DNA of 64,000 nucleotides from Myxococcota bacterium (GTDB taxonomy: Bacteria; Myxococcota_A; Polyangia; Nannocystales; Nannocystaceae): positions 64,001-128,000 of the forward strand of contig JBCCHT010000035.1 of assembly GCA_039028615.1 (NCBI GenBank). The letters run 5' to 3'. Within the stretch, counting starts at the first letter, position 1; the number at the start of each line of letters is the position of its first letter. Both the position numbers and the translations under genes were made by a program. Positions 1 through 9,802 of the stretch are shown here, in pieces. The notes beneath the pieces are model-generated. The model worked only from the letters and a program-made list of their open reading frames with translations. It did no database searches and was not told the DNA's origin.

Positions 1-1
1 G

Positions 2-1015
2 GCGCAGCAATGGCTCGCCAACGAGGCGGCCACTGGGCGTCGCGGCGACGACCTGTTCTTCGATATCAGCGCGCTGAGCCAACGGGTGGTCCTGGCGGTC
101 GGCTACAACCTCGACCCCGATGTGGCCTGCGTACGCGAGCTGGGCCGCGCTCTGCTCGAATACAAGTTTTGGTCGCTAAACTCCCACCCACGGGCCCGTA
201 TCGATGAATTCGGGTGGTCGCTGTCCAAGCTGGCCGACGTCCCCTGGGTGGTCCGACACCTCCGCAACCTCGGGCACCGCTTCGACCGAGTTCGACACGC
301 CGTCCAACGGGTCGTGCACGAACGACCGTGGCTCGACCCCGAACGCAAGGGCTGGGTCCAGAACCTCTTGGACGACGGCTTCGGTCTCGCCGAGCTCACC
401 CACGAGCTCAACCACCTCTATGGTGCCTACAACGCGGTGGACTTCGCGCTCACGGCCGGGCTCTACGAGCTGTTCGCACGCCCCGAGTGGCTGGCCAAGG
501 TCCGTGCCGAACGAACACGCCACCAGCCCGTGCTGCCTTCCATGCTCGAGAGCATGCCCGCCACCCGAGCGGTGATGCAAGAGACTCTGCGGCTCTACCC
601 CGCCGCCATGGTGATCTTCCGCAGATCTGGATCCACCATCCACATCGATGGCGAAGCGGTGGCACCGGGCACCACATTCATGATCATCACGGCCGGCCTG
701 CATCAAGACCGCGACCTGTGGGCGAACGCGGAAACCTTCGATCCTACGCGCTGGCTACCGTCCGCGCCGCCTCCACCTCGTTTCGCGTACATTCCGTTCC
801 TGCACGGCAATCGCAAGTGTATCGGGCAGCACCTCGCGGAGTGTGTGTTCATGACGGTGATGGGCACTCTCATCGATGACTACGATTTACACTGTGAGCG
901 GGCCGACGTTCGGTTGAGCCCCTTCATCATTCCTCGCTTCGACGGTCCGATCCCCTACCGGCTCAGCCGAAGATCGGACGAAGACACCCGTGCCCGGGGC
1001 CGTGCAACGGGATGA
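2..1015 (+). CDS. Cytochrome P450, 5'-truncated by the window edge
   Basis: Frame is open from base 2. ExxR (ETLR), FDPTRW meander and heme-ligand motif FLHGNRKCIG are present. The I-helix is atypical (HLYGAYNAV). Confidence 0.93.
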   Translation, partial: AQQWLANEAATGRRGDDLFFDISALSQRVVLAVGYNLDPDVACVRELGRALLEYKFWSLNSHPRARIDEFGWSLSKLADVPWVVRHLRNLGHRFDRVRHAVQRVVHERPWLDPERKGWVQNLLDDGFGLAELTHELNHLYGAYNAVDFALTAGLYELFARPEWLAKVRAERTRHQPVLPSMLESMPATRAVMQETLRLYPAAMVIFRRSGSTIHIDGEAVAPGTTFMIITAGLHQDRDLWANAETFDPTRWLPSAPPPPRFAYIPFLHGNRKCIGQHLAECVFMTVMGTLIDDYDLHCERADVRLSPFIIPRFDGPIPYRLSRRSDEDTRARGRATG

Positions 1016-1956
1016 CTGACGTCGGCGCTCGCGGTGGCGAGTGGCACCCTCGGCCCAAGTCCGTCATGTTGAATTCAATGGGAAACCTGCGTCATATGTT
1101 GCGAATCGGGTGGCTGATGGCTCGGCCCGGTCGTAAGAACCGAGCCTCCGAGCTGTATGAGCTCTTCTCCGAGGAACGCGTAATGGGGCGCGATAGCCTC
1201 TATCTCAACTTCGGCTGGTGGGAGGATGGGCAGACCAACTACGACACGGCCTGTGAGGCGCTCGCCATCGAACTCGGCGAGGCCGCCGGCATGAAGTCGG
1301 GGGAGCGCTTGCTCGATACCGGCTGTGGCTTCGGCGACCAGGACCTCCTGTGGCTGGAGCGATTCGGCCTCGAGCACATCACCGCGGTCAATATCAGCGA
1401 ACGGCAGGTTCGCCGGGCCCGTGAGCGGGTGGCCGAGCGGGAGCTCTCCGAGCAGATCGACGTGGTGCACGGTTCGGCCACGGCCACCGAGCTACCGTCG
1501 GCCAGCTACGACGTCGTGACCGCCCTCGAGACGGCGTTCCACTACGACACCCGCGAGGAGTTCTTTCGCGAGGCCTATCGGGTGCTCGCACCCGGGGGCC
1601 GCTTGGCGCTCGCCGACCCCATTCCTCAGGAAGGGTCGCTGTCGAGTCTGCGCTTTCGCATGGAGATGCGCGTCAATCGGGCGTTTTGGCAGATTCCCGC
1701 GGATAACGTCTACGAGCCCACCGCGTACCGCGACAAGCTCGCTCAGGCGGGTTTCGAGGGCATCGAGATGCGCTCGATCCGAGACCGTGTCTATCCCGGC
1801 TTGCTCGAGTTCATGCGCAATGCGGCCGACACTCCCGACTATCAGCAGCGCTTCGACCCCGTATTCCTCAAGGGCCTGCGTTCGGTGGGCGGCAGCACCA
1901 CCGCGTTCAACGGCATGGACTACTTCATCGTGACCGCGACCAAGCCGGCGGCTTGA
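1012..1956 (+). CDS. Class I SAM-dependent methyltransferase (EryG/McyJ-like O-methyltransferase type)
   Basis: LYLNFGWW, motif I LLDTGCGFGDQ, ALETAFHYDTREEFFREAYRVLAPGGRL. ATGA overlap with the P450 stop. Confidence 0.9.
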   Translation: MTDVGARGGEWHPRPKSVMLNSMGNLRHMLRIGWLMARPGRKNRASELYELFSEERVMGRDSLYLNFGWWEDGQTNYDTACEALAIELGEAAGMKSGERLLDTGCGFGDQDLLWLERFGLEHITAVNISERQVRRARERVAERELSEQIDVVHGSATATELPSASYDVVTALETAFHYDTREEFFREAYRVLAPGGRLALADPIPQEGSLSSLRFRMEMRVNRAFWQIPADNVYEPTAYRDKLAQAGFEGIEMRSIRDRVYPGLLEFMRNAADTPDYQQRFDPVFLKGLRSVGGSTTAFNGMDYFIVTATKPAA

Positions 1957-1984
1957 GTCGCGCGTTCGCCCCACGCCTCAGTCG

Positions 1985-2020
1985 AAACCTCCCGTGCCCC
2001 AGGGGCGCGGGAGGTTTTCT
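1985..2020 (+). terminator. Intrinsic terminator between convergent genes
   Basis: Inverted repeat aaacctcccgtgcccc / ggggcgcgggaggttt with one G-U pair, running into ttttct. Confidence 0.7.
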
Positions 2021-2056
2021 CGATCCGGGTTCCTCGTTCGCGAGCGCTCGGATCGA

Positions 2057-3394
2057 CTACGCGGCGGTCGCCGGGCTTCGACGGCTCACCGTGAGGGCGA
2101 GGGGATCGGCGAAACGAGACACCGCAAACTCGGTCATCCGACCGTGATCGGGGCGCACCTGCACCGCGAATTCGGCCGCAACTGCGGCGACAAAAGCAGT
2201 GAGAGCCGTCTCGGCCAAGTGACGCCCCACGCACTTGCGAGGGCCCCGAAGGAACGGAACGAAGGCAAACGACCGCGACAGATCCGGGTCGCGAAGCCAG
2301 CGATCGGGGTCGAACTCGTGTGGTCGGTCGAAGACCTCGGGATTGCGCTGAAGTGCCGACATGAGGATCAACGCCTCACTGCCCTTGGGCCACGTACGAC
2401 CGGCCACGACCATGGGCTCGCCGAGGCGACGCGCGACGGTCCACGTTGCCGGGTGGCACCGCAGCACCTCGAGAATGAACGCCTGCGTGAGAGGAATCTG
2501 CGGGAAATCGGGCCGAGACGGCACCGACCTCCCGCTGGCACTCCCCCACTCCTGAAGCTCCTCGGCGACGCGAGAGGCCAGGTCGGGATGTCGCGACAGT
2601 TCCAGCACGCACGCCGTAAACGAGAATGCCAGGGCGTCGAACGCCCAGTACAGATGCATCAGCTCGTCGGCGATGGCTCGGTCTTCCGACCCTGCCCGAG
2701 CGAGGCCCGCCACCCAGCTCGGGTCGGGCACATCGTCGTCTACGGGCCGCCGCCACCCCTGCGCCTGCACGAGCCGGGCGATGCGTCGGCGAACGACCTT
2801 GGCCGCACGGGACGTATGTCGACGATTGATGAAGAAGCGCAGGACTTCACGCAGCCCCATGCCGACCTGGTCGAGCCGTGTGTTCGGAGCTTCGCTTTCA
2901 TCCAACCAATCGGCCAGGGCCTCACCCAATGCCCGACCCTCACGATCTTCGGGACCCAGCCCGCAGGCGGCCTTGATGAACAACGCGCGCCCCACATGAC
3001 GGAGCTCGTCGGCCAAGTCCGCGGGCGGGCGGCCCGACCACCGCGCCAGCGCATCGGTGGTGAGACCGTGCACGAACGTGGAGAAGCCATCGACGTGGCT
3101 CCTCTTGAAGCCAGGCATCATCGCCACCGCGTGCGGGCGCCAGTCGGCATCGTCGACGAAGAGTAGCCCCCGGAGCCCGGGAAAGACGGTACGGACCAGC
3201 TGGTACCAACGACTACGGAGATGAGTGTGGGGTCGATGGGTGAGCAGAGTCTTCACGACTTCGGGGTCACTGGTCGCCATTGCTCCCGAGAACGCGAAGC
3301 TCTTGCCGTGGCGTTGTACCACTACGCTCCAACCTCGGGCGCCATGGGTCGCCAACAATTCCCGGACCTCGCGTACCCGAACCGACCTCACCAT
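2057..3394 (-). CDS. Cytochrome P450
   Basis: EVLR, FDPDRW and FLRGPRKCVG are present. The I-helix is atypical (HLYWAFDAL). Start moved from 3517 to the ATG at 3394 (uncertain). Confidence 0.9.
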   Translation of the reverse strand: MVRSVRVREVRELLATHGARGWSVVVQRHGKSFAFSGAMATSDPEVVKTLLTHRPHTHLRSRWYQLVRTVFPGLRGLLFVDDADWRPHAVAMMPGFKRSHVDGFSTFVHGLTTDALARWSGRPPADLADELRHVGRALFIKAACGLGPEDREGRALGEALADWLDESEAPNTRLDQVGMGLREVLRFFINRRHTSRAAKVVRRRIARLVQAQGWRRPVDDDVPDPSWVAGLARAGSEDRAIADELMHLYWAFDALAFSFTACVLELSRHPDLASRVAEELQEWGSASGRSVPSRPDFPQIPLTQAFILEVLRCHPATWTVARRLGEPMVVAGRTWPKGSEALILMSALQRNPEVFDRPHEFDPDRWLRDPDLSRSFAFVPFLRGPRKCVGRHLAETALTAFVAAVAAEFAVQVRPDHGRMTEFAVSRFADPLALTVSRRSPATAA

Positions 3395-3572
3395 TACCCT
3401 CGGGTCATAGCATGCAACTGCGGTCGAGACCCGTGCTGAAACGACATGGCATTTGACACGGTTGTTCGTGCTGCCATAGTCCGCACACCGGGGGAACTGC
3501 ATCGACGGAGCATTCATGCTCTCGTCCGAGCACTCTTCGGTCGTGCCCCGAAACTGCGAGCGGAAACATCAC

Positions 3573-4847
3573 ATGACTCGGACCAGTACCGTGCTCGACA
3601 AACCCCATCGCAGCCCAGCGATGCGCGTGGTCAATGGTGTCGGGCAACGGCTTCCATGGCTCAAGCGCGCCGCCTTCCCTCTGGAGGCCCAGGCGCTGAT
3701 CGCCCGGGCCGAGCGACAGGCGGGCGTGCGGGGTTCGGAGTTCCGACTCCCGCCTGAACACTACGCCGAAGGCTTGTCGCGACTCCTCGCCAGCCTTCGT
3801 GAAGAAGCCGAGCTCACCGCCACCGGGCAAGCACTTGCGCACACCATGGTGGTGGAATCTCTTGCCACCCGCATGCGCCTGGAACATCTGTGGAGCCGAA
3901 CTCCCCAGCGGCCCGAACCGATCCGCGCCCCCCTGTTCGTCGTGGGTCTGCCGCGCACGGGCACGACCTTTTTATACAAACTCCTCAACCAGGATCCCCG
4001 CAACCGGGCCCCCCTGACGTGGGAATTACGCTGGCCAGAGGCCCATTTGGCCGGTCAGGCGCAGGTTCGTAGGCGAATCCGCCAGACCCAGCGTGGCGTA
4101 GATCTGCTGTACCGCATGTGCCCCGGGCTGGATGCGATGCACTTTTCCAGTGCGACCACCCCCGAGGAGGACTTCTCCATCTTCCGGCTCGAGCTGTGCA
4201 GCACCTATTTCACCGTGTTCTTCCACGTGCCGAGCTACAACGAGTGGGTCGTCGACCAGACGAAACACCAATCATTCGGGATTCATCGGCGTGTTCTCGA
4301 GACGCTGTCTCGGCCCTCGACTCCGGCTCGCGCTCTGGGCGAGCGCTGGCTACTGAAGTCCCCCGAGTACCTGCGCCGCCTACCCGCTCTGTTTGAAACG
4401 TACCCGGACGCACGCATCATCCACTGCCATCGCAGCCCTGCCCACGTATGCGGATCCGAAGCCAGCCTGATCTCCATGGTCCAGGGCATGGCGTCGGACG
4501 TCGTCGACGTCGCGGCCAAGCGTAGGCAGCTCCAGGCGGTCTTTGCCGACATGTTGAGCGAAGGAATGCGAGCACGTCGAGCCCTGCCGAACGGGCGCGA
4601 GTGTGCATTCGACCTGCGCTATGCCGACCTCGTGGCCGACCCCATGGCGGCGGTCGAGCGCATCTACGACCACTTCGGTGATCCCCTGAGCGACGAAGCA
4701 CGACGGCGCATGCAGGCGTTCTTGGCCAGAAACCCCAAAGACCGACGCGGTAAGCACCAATACGAAGTGCCCCAGCTGACCGACCTCCGCGACGAGGAGG
4801 CCCGCGTGTTCTCCGAGTACTGCGACGAGGTCGGGATCCCGCTGTGA
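3573..4847 (+). CDS. PAPS-dependent sulfotransferase (Sulfotransfer_3 family)
   Basis: 5'-PSB loop FVVGLPRTGTTFL, WLLKSPEYL, 3'-PB region RIIHCHRSP, and LRYADLVADP. ATG at 3573 preferred. Confidence 0.9.
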   Translation: MTRTSTVLDKPHRSPAMRVVNGVGQRLPWLKRAAFPLEAQALIARAERQAGVRGSEFRLPPEHYAEGLSRLLASLREEAELTATGQALAHTMVVESLATRMRLEHLWSRTPQRPEPIRAPLFVVGLPRTGTTFLYKLLNQDPRNRAPLTWELRWPEAHLAGQAQVRRRIRQTQRGVDLLYRMCPGLDAMHFSSATTPEEDFSIFRLELCSTYFTVFFHVPSYNEWVVDQTKHQSFGIHRRVLETLSRPSTPARALGERWLLKSPEYLRRLPALFETYPDARIIHCHRSPAHVCGSEASLISMVQGMASDVVDVAAKRRQLQAVFADMLSEGMRARRALPNGRECAFDLRYADLVADPMAAVERIYDHFGDPLSDEARRRMQAFLARNPKDRRGKHQYEVPQLTDLRDEEARVFSEYCDEVGIPL

Positions 4848-4854
4848 TCCAACG

Positions 4855-5502
4855 GTGTTTCGCGAGAATCGACCGATGCTGGGCCTTCTGAGCGGAGTCG
4901 CCTGCGGCACGATGGCCTTTGCCGCCCGCCTGGGATTCGACCTTCGTCGGGCCCTGGGAAGACACGTGGTGCACCACCCTCATGGCTGGCGGGCGATCGT
5001 CGGCGTTGGCACCGAGCATACGCATCCGCGTGTCCGCGCCATGGCTGCGCCCGCATATCCCCTGCCCGAACAGCACGCGATCTACCTGTTCGCGAACAAT
5101 CCCGAGCAGCCCCATGCACGTTTCGGCGAGCTGCTCCGTGGTCGCCCGATGTTTCGGTTGCTACCGGGTGACGGGCACTTCCGAGTATCCGGCACCGTTG
5201 GCGAGCTGCAATGCGCGTGGTGGAGCCTGACCGCCTACGACGCCGAGGGCAGGCCGATGTCCGAGGACCAATCGGAGTGCTCCCTGCTCGACCGCGACCT
5301 GAAAGGCCCCGACGGAGCCTTCGAGATCGACGTGTGCGCGACCCGTCCGCGACCCCCCGCACCGGGGCGCCGTTGGCTTCGCGTACGCCCCGGAGAGCCC
5401 TTCCAGCTGGTCCTGCGCGTGTACGAGGCCCAGCACGACGGCGACGTCGCTCAATGGCCTGTACCGCTCATCCAGCACGCCCAGGGGGGCCCTGCGTGCT
5501 GA
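4855..5502 (+). CDS. DUF1214-like domain protein with N-terminal hydrophobic segment
   Basis: WWSLTAYD, DGAFEI and FQLVLRVY match the DUF1214 pattern. The start may be the ATG at 4876. Confidence 0.7.
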   Translation: MFRENRPMLGLLSGVACGTMAFAARLGFDLRRALGRHVVHHPHGWRAIVGVGTEHTHPRVRAMAAPAYPLPEQHAIYLFANNPEQPHARFGELLRGRPMFRLLPGDGHFRVSGTVGELQCAWWSLTAYDAEGRPMSEDQSECSLLDRDLKGPDGAFEIDVCATRPRPPAPGRRWLRVRPGEPFQLVLRVYEAQHDGDVAQWPVPLIQHAQGGPAC

Positions 5503-6002
5503 CCTTCCTCCCTGCGTTCGTGGCCACCTGGGGGGCTCTGAGCGCCGTCGACCGGCTGCTCACCTCCGCCGCGCCCCAGTGGCGATTGCGACGATCGTTG
5601 CACAAAAACCTCGGGCTGAATGGGGCGACGAACGTCCTGCACCATGTCGACGAGATCACCCCGATGGCGGCAGTCGACTTGCTGTACTCGGTGGCGGAAT
5701 TCGATCTGAGCGAGGGCCCGCTGCGGCTGCACGTCGCCCCCACCGACGACTATCGGGCGCTTCAGTGCGCGACAACGAGCACGGTCACCTTCGCGTACCG
5801 GAGCACGAATACGACCCCTCGTCTCGGCTCGACGACGACACTCGTCGGTCCACGAGACGCGGAACATGACGATCCGTCGGCCTTACGCTGCCCCGATTCG
5901 CGGGGGTTGCTGGTGTTGCGCTTTTTGGTCACAGATGCCGCTCATCGGGCTCGCATCGACGAAAAGCGCCGCGAGTGCCGACTCGAGATCGGCTCGCGGT
6001 AG
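5496..6002 (+). CDS. DUF1254-like domain protein
   Basis: DLLYSVAEFDLSEGPLRLHVAP and GLLVLRFLV. GTG start overlaps the upstream stop; this is the 3' part of track ORF 5211..6002. Confidence 0.7.
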   Translation: MLTFLPAFVATWGALSAVDRLLTSAAPQWRLRRSLHKNLGLNGATNVLHHVDEITPMAAVDLLYSVAEFDLSEGPLRLHVAPTDDYRALQCATTSTVTFAYRSTNTTPRLGSTTTLVGPRDAEHDDPSALRCPDSRGLLVLRFLVTDAAHRARIDEKRRECRLEIGSR

Positions 6003-6182
6003 CGCTCTGCGGACTCAACTTCACCGTCCAGTCGCGGCGGTTTGCGTCTGCGCACGTCGTTTTTTTTCAGATCGAGTGAACGGAATCGGCTTCGGTTGGA
6101 ATTCCCAATGTGCCGGGTGTTCTTCGAAACATGCGCATTCCATCGCATTTCGTGGTCACCCCTCTTATCGAACGGACATCGG

Positions 6183-8435
6183 ATGCAAATCATCGATCCA
6201 TCCCAAGCTGCCGCCGGCTCCCATATCGCCGAACGCTCTCGTTTCGCCCACGCGGTGGACCTTGCCGTCGAGGACCTTCCGCATGACGACGCAACACTGG
6301 AGTGGTGGTACGCCAATGGCCATATTCGTGACACTGAAGGCCGAGAATATTCGTTGTTCATGGCGATCTTCCGCACCGCGGTCGAGGAGCTCGAAGATGG
6401 GACCTATCGCTGGGGCCACGCGCTGACCTGGGGACTATCGAGCCTCGACGAGCGCCGCTATATCGCAGAATGTCTGGTCGATCAGGACTCGGCAGAGATC
6501 GGCCTCGATCGCCTGGATCGAGGCATTGGACCCCAAGATGAACGCCTACGAAAAGCGCTGCGAGAGGTCATGGAGCGGGGTGAAGTGCCACGACCCGACA
6601 TCCAGCTCTCACGGCCTCCAGTGTCCGCCTCCGACCGTCTACACCTCGACCTCGATGAGCGAGTATTCGAATCACTCGGCGGAGATCGCTACCGCCTACG
6701 CCTCCATCACACCGAGCTGGAGGCCGGCTGCGAGCTGATCTTCCAGCTCGAAAAACCCATCGTACTGCACGGTGACAACGGCGTAGTCACCGGATCGACC
6801 CTGGACGAGATGTTCTACTACTTCTGCCCGCGTTGTTCGGTGGAAGGCAGCATCGTCGTCGATGGCGAACGCCGTGAAATTGCGTCGGGATCGTTCTGGT
6901 ACGACCACGAGTACGGCCGCGGCGACGATCCCGACGACAAGGCCTGGGAAGCGCGCTGGAACTGGATCTCCGCCCAGTTCGACAACGGCTGGGAGATGAC
7001 GATCTACGACGTCTTCGACAGCGACGACGGCAGCCCCACCGACCATGTCGCCTTGCTGATCGACCCCGAGGGTCGACGCCACGAATATCGAGAGTTCTCG
7101 TTCACCGGCGATCGGCCCTGGGTCAGTGCGCGCACGTTCCAGAGCTACCCGACGCGCTGGAAGATCGACATCCCGGAGATCGAGCTGTCGCTCGAAGCCA
7201 CGGCCCCCTTCCCCGAGCAGGAGTTCGTCACGTACATCACCAAGGCCCCGTTCTGGGAGGGCCGGGTCGATGTCCGCGGCACCTTCGCGGGGCGCCCGGT
7301 GACTGGCCCGGGCTACGTCGAGCGAGCGGGCTTCGGCGGCGTCGACAGCCTCGAGGATTTCTTCGGTGCCGTCGGTGATGCCACCCGTCGCTCGGTCCGA
7401 GGGATCTTGCCGAACGAGCCCAGCCGTGACGACCTGCTTCGCATCACCGCGGACGAAGAGCATCGGCACTACACCGACTCGATCGATCCGGGCCGCTTCC
7501 GCGAGACGGTCATCGAGCCCATCCGAGGCGTCGTCGATCGCGGCGGCAAGGCATGGCGGTCCTACTGCTTGCTCGCCTGCTGCGACGCGGTCGGGGGAAA
7601 CTCGCAGGAGTACCTGCCCTGGCTCGCGCTGCCCGAGCTGCTGCACGTGGGCTCGCTCATCGTCGACGACGTGCAGGACGATTCGGAGAACCGCCGTGGC
7701 GGCCCCGCGTGTCACCTCGTGCACGGCGTGCCCTTGGCCATCAACGCGGGCAACCTCAGCTACTTCCTGCCCTACCTGGCCATGAGCACGGTCGAGCTCA
7801 CGGAGGGTCAGCGCCTCGAGATCTACGACGAGTACTTCCGCGCCGTGCGAGCCGGACACGTCGGGCAGGCGCTCGACCTCGCGGGGCTGCTCCCGCTCAT
7901 GGCCACCACGGTGGACAGCGGCGATGCGAGCGAACTCAAAGCGCAGGTCCTGTCGACCCATCGCCTCAAGTCCGCAGCACCCGCCGCCGCGCTGGCGCGC
8001 ATCGGTGCGATCCTGGGCGGCGGGTCTCGGGCCCAGATGGAAGCCCTCGGTACCTATCACGAGAGCCTCGGGCTCGCCTTCCAGATCATGGACGACGTGC
8101 TGAACCTCCGCGGCTTCGAGCGCGACCTCAAGGACCGCGGCGAGGACATCACCGCGGGCAAGGTCACCGTGCCCATCGCCATGGCCATGGCCGAGCTGGA
8201 GGCCTCACAGCGCGCTCGCGTTCACCGAGCGCTCGAGGCCCACACCAGCGACCCGGACGAGCTGTCGTGGGTCCTGCGCACGCTGGAGGACACGGGTGTG
8301 TTCGACCGAGCCGAGGCCGAAGCGCGCCAGCTCGTCGAAGAGGGCTGGGCCGCGGTGGCCCCCCTGCTCAAACCCTCGGTTCACTCCGTGCACCTGCGGG
8401 CGTTCGGTTCCTTCGTGCTCGACCGGCACTACTGA
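6183..8435 (+). CDS. Fusion: CrtC/AttH lipocalin-like domain + trans-polyprenyl diphosphate synthase
   Basis: N-half: EWWYANG, WYDHEYG, WNWISAQF, YPTRW, FWEG, GPGYVE. C-half: GGKAWR, FARM LIVDDVQD..RRG, SARM FQIMDDVLN, GEDITAGK. ATG at 6183 preferred. Confidence 0.9.
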   Translation: MQIIDPSQAAAGSHIAERSRFAHAVDLAVEDLPHDDATLEWWYANGHIRDTEGREYSLFMAIFRTAVEELEDGTYRWGHALTWGLSSLDERRYIAECLVDQDSAEIGLDRLDRGIGPQDERLRKALREVMERGEVPRPDIQLSRPPVSASDRLHLDLDERVFESLGGDRYRLRLHHTELEAGCELIFQLEKPIVLHGDNGVVTGSTLDEMFYYFCPRCSVEGSIVVDGERREIASGSFWYDHEYGRGDDPDDKAWEARWNWISAQFDNGWEMTIYDVFDSDDGSPTDHVALLIDPEGRRHEYREFSFTGDRPWVSARTFQSYPTRWKIDIPEIELSLEATAPFPEQEFVTYITKAPFWEGRVDVRGTFAGRPVTGPGYVERAGFGGVDSLEDFFGAVGDATRRSVRGILPNEPSRDDLLRITADEEHRHYTDSIDPGRFRETVIEPIRGVVDRGGKAWRSYCLLACCDAVGGNSQEYLPWLALPELLHVGSLIVDDVQDDSENRRGGPACHLVHGVPLAINAGNLSYFLPYLAMSTVELTEGQRLEIYDEYFRAVRAGHVGQALDLAGLLPLMATTVDSGDASELKAQVLSTHRLKSAAPAAALARIGAILGGGSRAQMEALGTYHESLGLAFQIMDDVLNLRGFERDLKDRGEDITAGKVTVPIAMAMAELEASQRARVHRALEAHTSDPDELSWVLRTLEDTGVFDRAEAEARQLVEEGWAAVAPLLKPSVHSVHLRAFGSFVLDRHY

Positions 8436-9775
8436 TGGCGCCGGCCAAGCAAAACAAGGGGTGGGGCCAGGTCAAGACGCTGGCCAAGCTCGCGGTGGGT
8501 GTCCCCGCCTTTGCGACCAGCATCGCGACCGAGGCTCGGCTGACGTCGCTGTTCAAGCTGCCCTTCCCCCGCGACGTCGACGAAATCCTCCATGCTCCCG
8601 AGCGATTCTTCAGCCTCCTGCAGGAGGCGGGAGCCCTGCCGGCCCGGGCCGAGCTGCTCGGGATCCAGCAGGGGGAGGGACTGCACAACGAGCCGGACAA
8701 GCAGCGAACCTCGGGAATCCTCGAGGTTCGTTGGTCCGATGGTCCGCTCGACGCAAGAGCACCGTCGACACCCGCGCGATCCCAGCGACTGTTCGTGAAA
8801 TTTCAAAACGGCCGCGGCCTGCCGCTGTGGCTGCAGGCGATGCGAGCCACCGTCGAGTGGGGCATCGCGCGCGAGGTCGACTTCTATCGTCGGCTGGCCC
8901 CCACCGCGCCCCTGCGGGTGCCCAAGGCCATGTACGCGAACTACCTGCCGGCCTTCAACCGCGTGTGTCTCGTGCTCGAGCACACCGAGGGCTACAACCT
9001 CGCCGACTGGCGTGGCTGCCCGATCACGGCGGTACGAGCCATGCTGCGCGACGTCAGCCGGCTCAACGCCACCTACTTCGGCCGGGTCGACACGGACTCT
9101 CGCTCGTCGTGGATCCCCGCGCGATCGGGCCTCGACTACGCGTCGTTCGTCGGAGACTTCATGGCGGGTGAAGCCGACTGGTACCGCCAGATCTGGGCCG
9201 CGTTGGTCGACTACTTCGCCGACCACCCGCTCACGCTCGTGCACGGCGATTGCCGCCCGGGCAACATGCTCTTCGTCGACGATGGCGACATTCAGCGCGC
9301 CGTGGAATCGGGAGACGACGATGATCGGCGCCGCTGGGACGACGACATCGACGACACCGAGGTCGTCTTCCTCGACTGGGAGGCGACCAATGCCGCGCCG
9401 CTGTGGTGGGATTTCACCTACTGCACCACGGTCGGCATCACCGTCGAAGACCGCCGCGCCCTGCGCCCACGCCTTCTCGACGAGCACAGAAGAAATCTCA
9501 TCAAAAATGGCGTGCCCGAATCCATGCTCGGTCCACAGCGTTGCCGCGTGGAAGTCGAGCTGCTCACCCTCGTGTTGGTGTTCGTCGCCAAGCTGGTGCG
9601 CACCAAGGGCTTCTGGGACCGCCAAGGCAATACGGCCGAGGACTTCGCCGCGTGGGACGAGAGAATCCGCGCCGTAATCGAAGACGCCGACATCCCCACG
9701 ATCACGAACGCACTAGGGCTTCCCGCCGAGCCGCTGCACGAGCTCAAGCGCGCCGCCGCGGATTGGCAGTTCTAG
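8435..9775 (+). CDS. APH/EcKinase-like small-molecule phosphotransferase
   Basis: LFVKF, EVDFYRRLA, Brenner motif HGDCRPGN, and FLDWE. The ATG overlaps the upstream TGA (tgatg); this is the 3' part of track ORF 7553..9775. Confidence 0.85.
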   Translation: MAPAKQNKGWGQVKTLAKLAVGVPAFATSIATEARLTSLFKLPFPRDVDEILHAPERFFSLLQEAGALPARAELLGIQQGEGLHNEPDKQRTSGILEVRWSDGPLDARAPSTPARSQRLFVKFQNGRGLPLWLQAMRATVEWGIAREVDFYRRLAPTAPLRVPKAMYANYLPAFNRVCLVLEHTEGYNLADWRGCPITAVRAMLRDVSRLNATYFGRVDTDSRSSWIPARSGLDYASFVGDFMAGEADWYRQIWAALVDYFADHPLTLVHGDCRPGNMLFVDDGDIQRAVESGDDDDRRRWDDDIDDTEVVFLDWEATNAAPLWWDFTYCTTVGITVEDRRALRPRLLDEHRRNLIKNGVPESMLGPQRCRVEVELLTLVLVFVAKLVRTKGFWDRQGNTAEDFAAWDERIRAVIEDADIPTITNALGLPAEPLHELKRAAADWQF

Positions 9776-9802
9776 GTCGCCCTGCACTCGACGAGGTCAA
9801 CG

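Noticed and set aside
7553..8434. N-terminal extension of the 740-aa kinase ORF
   Set aside because: Off-frame overlap with the prenyl synthase domain. The coupled ATG at 8435 is the more plausible start.
6183..8435. Ordinary carotenoid cluster (crtE/crtC)
   Set aside because: No phytoene synthase, desaturase or lycopene cyclase in the window, so crt symbols were not assigned. Upstream sequence is unseen.
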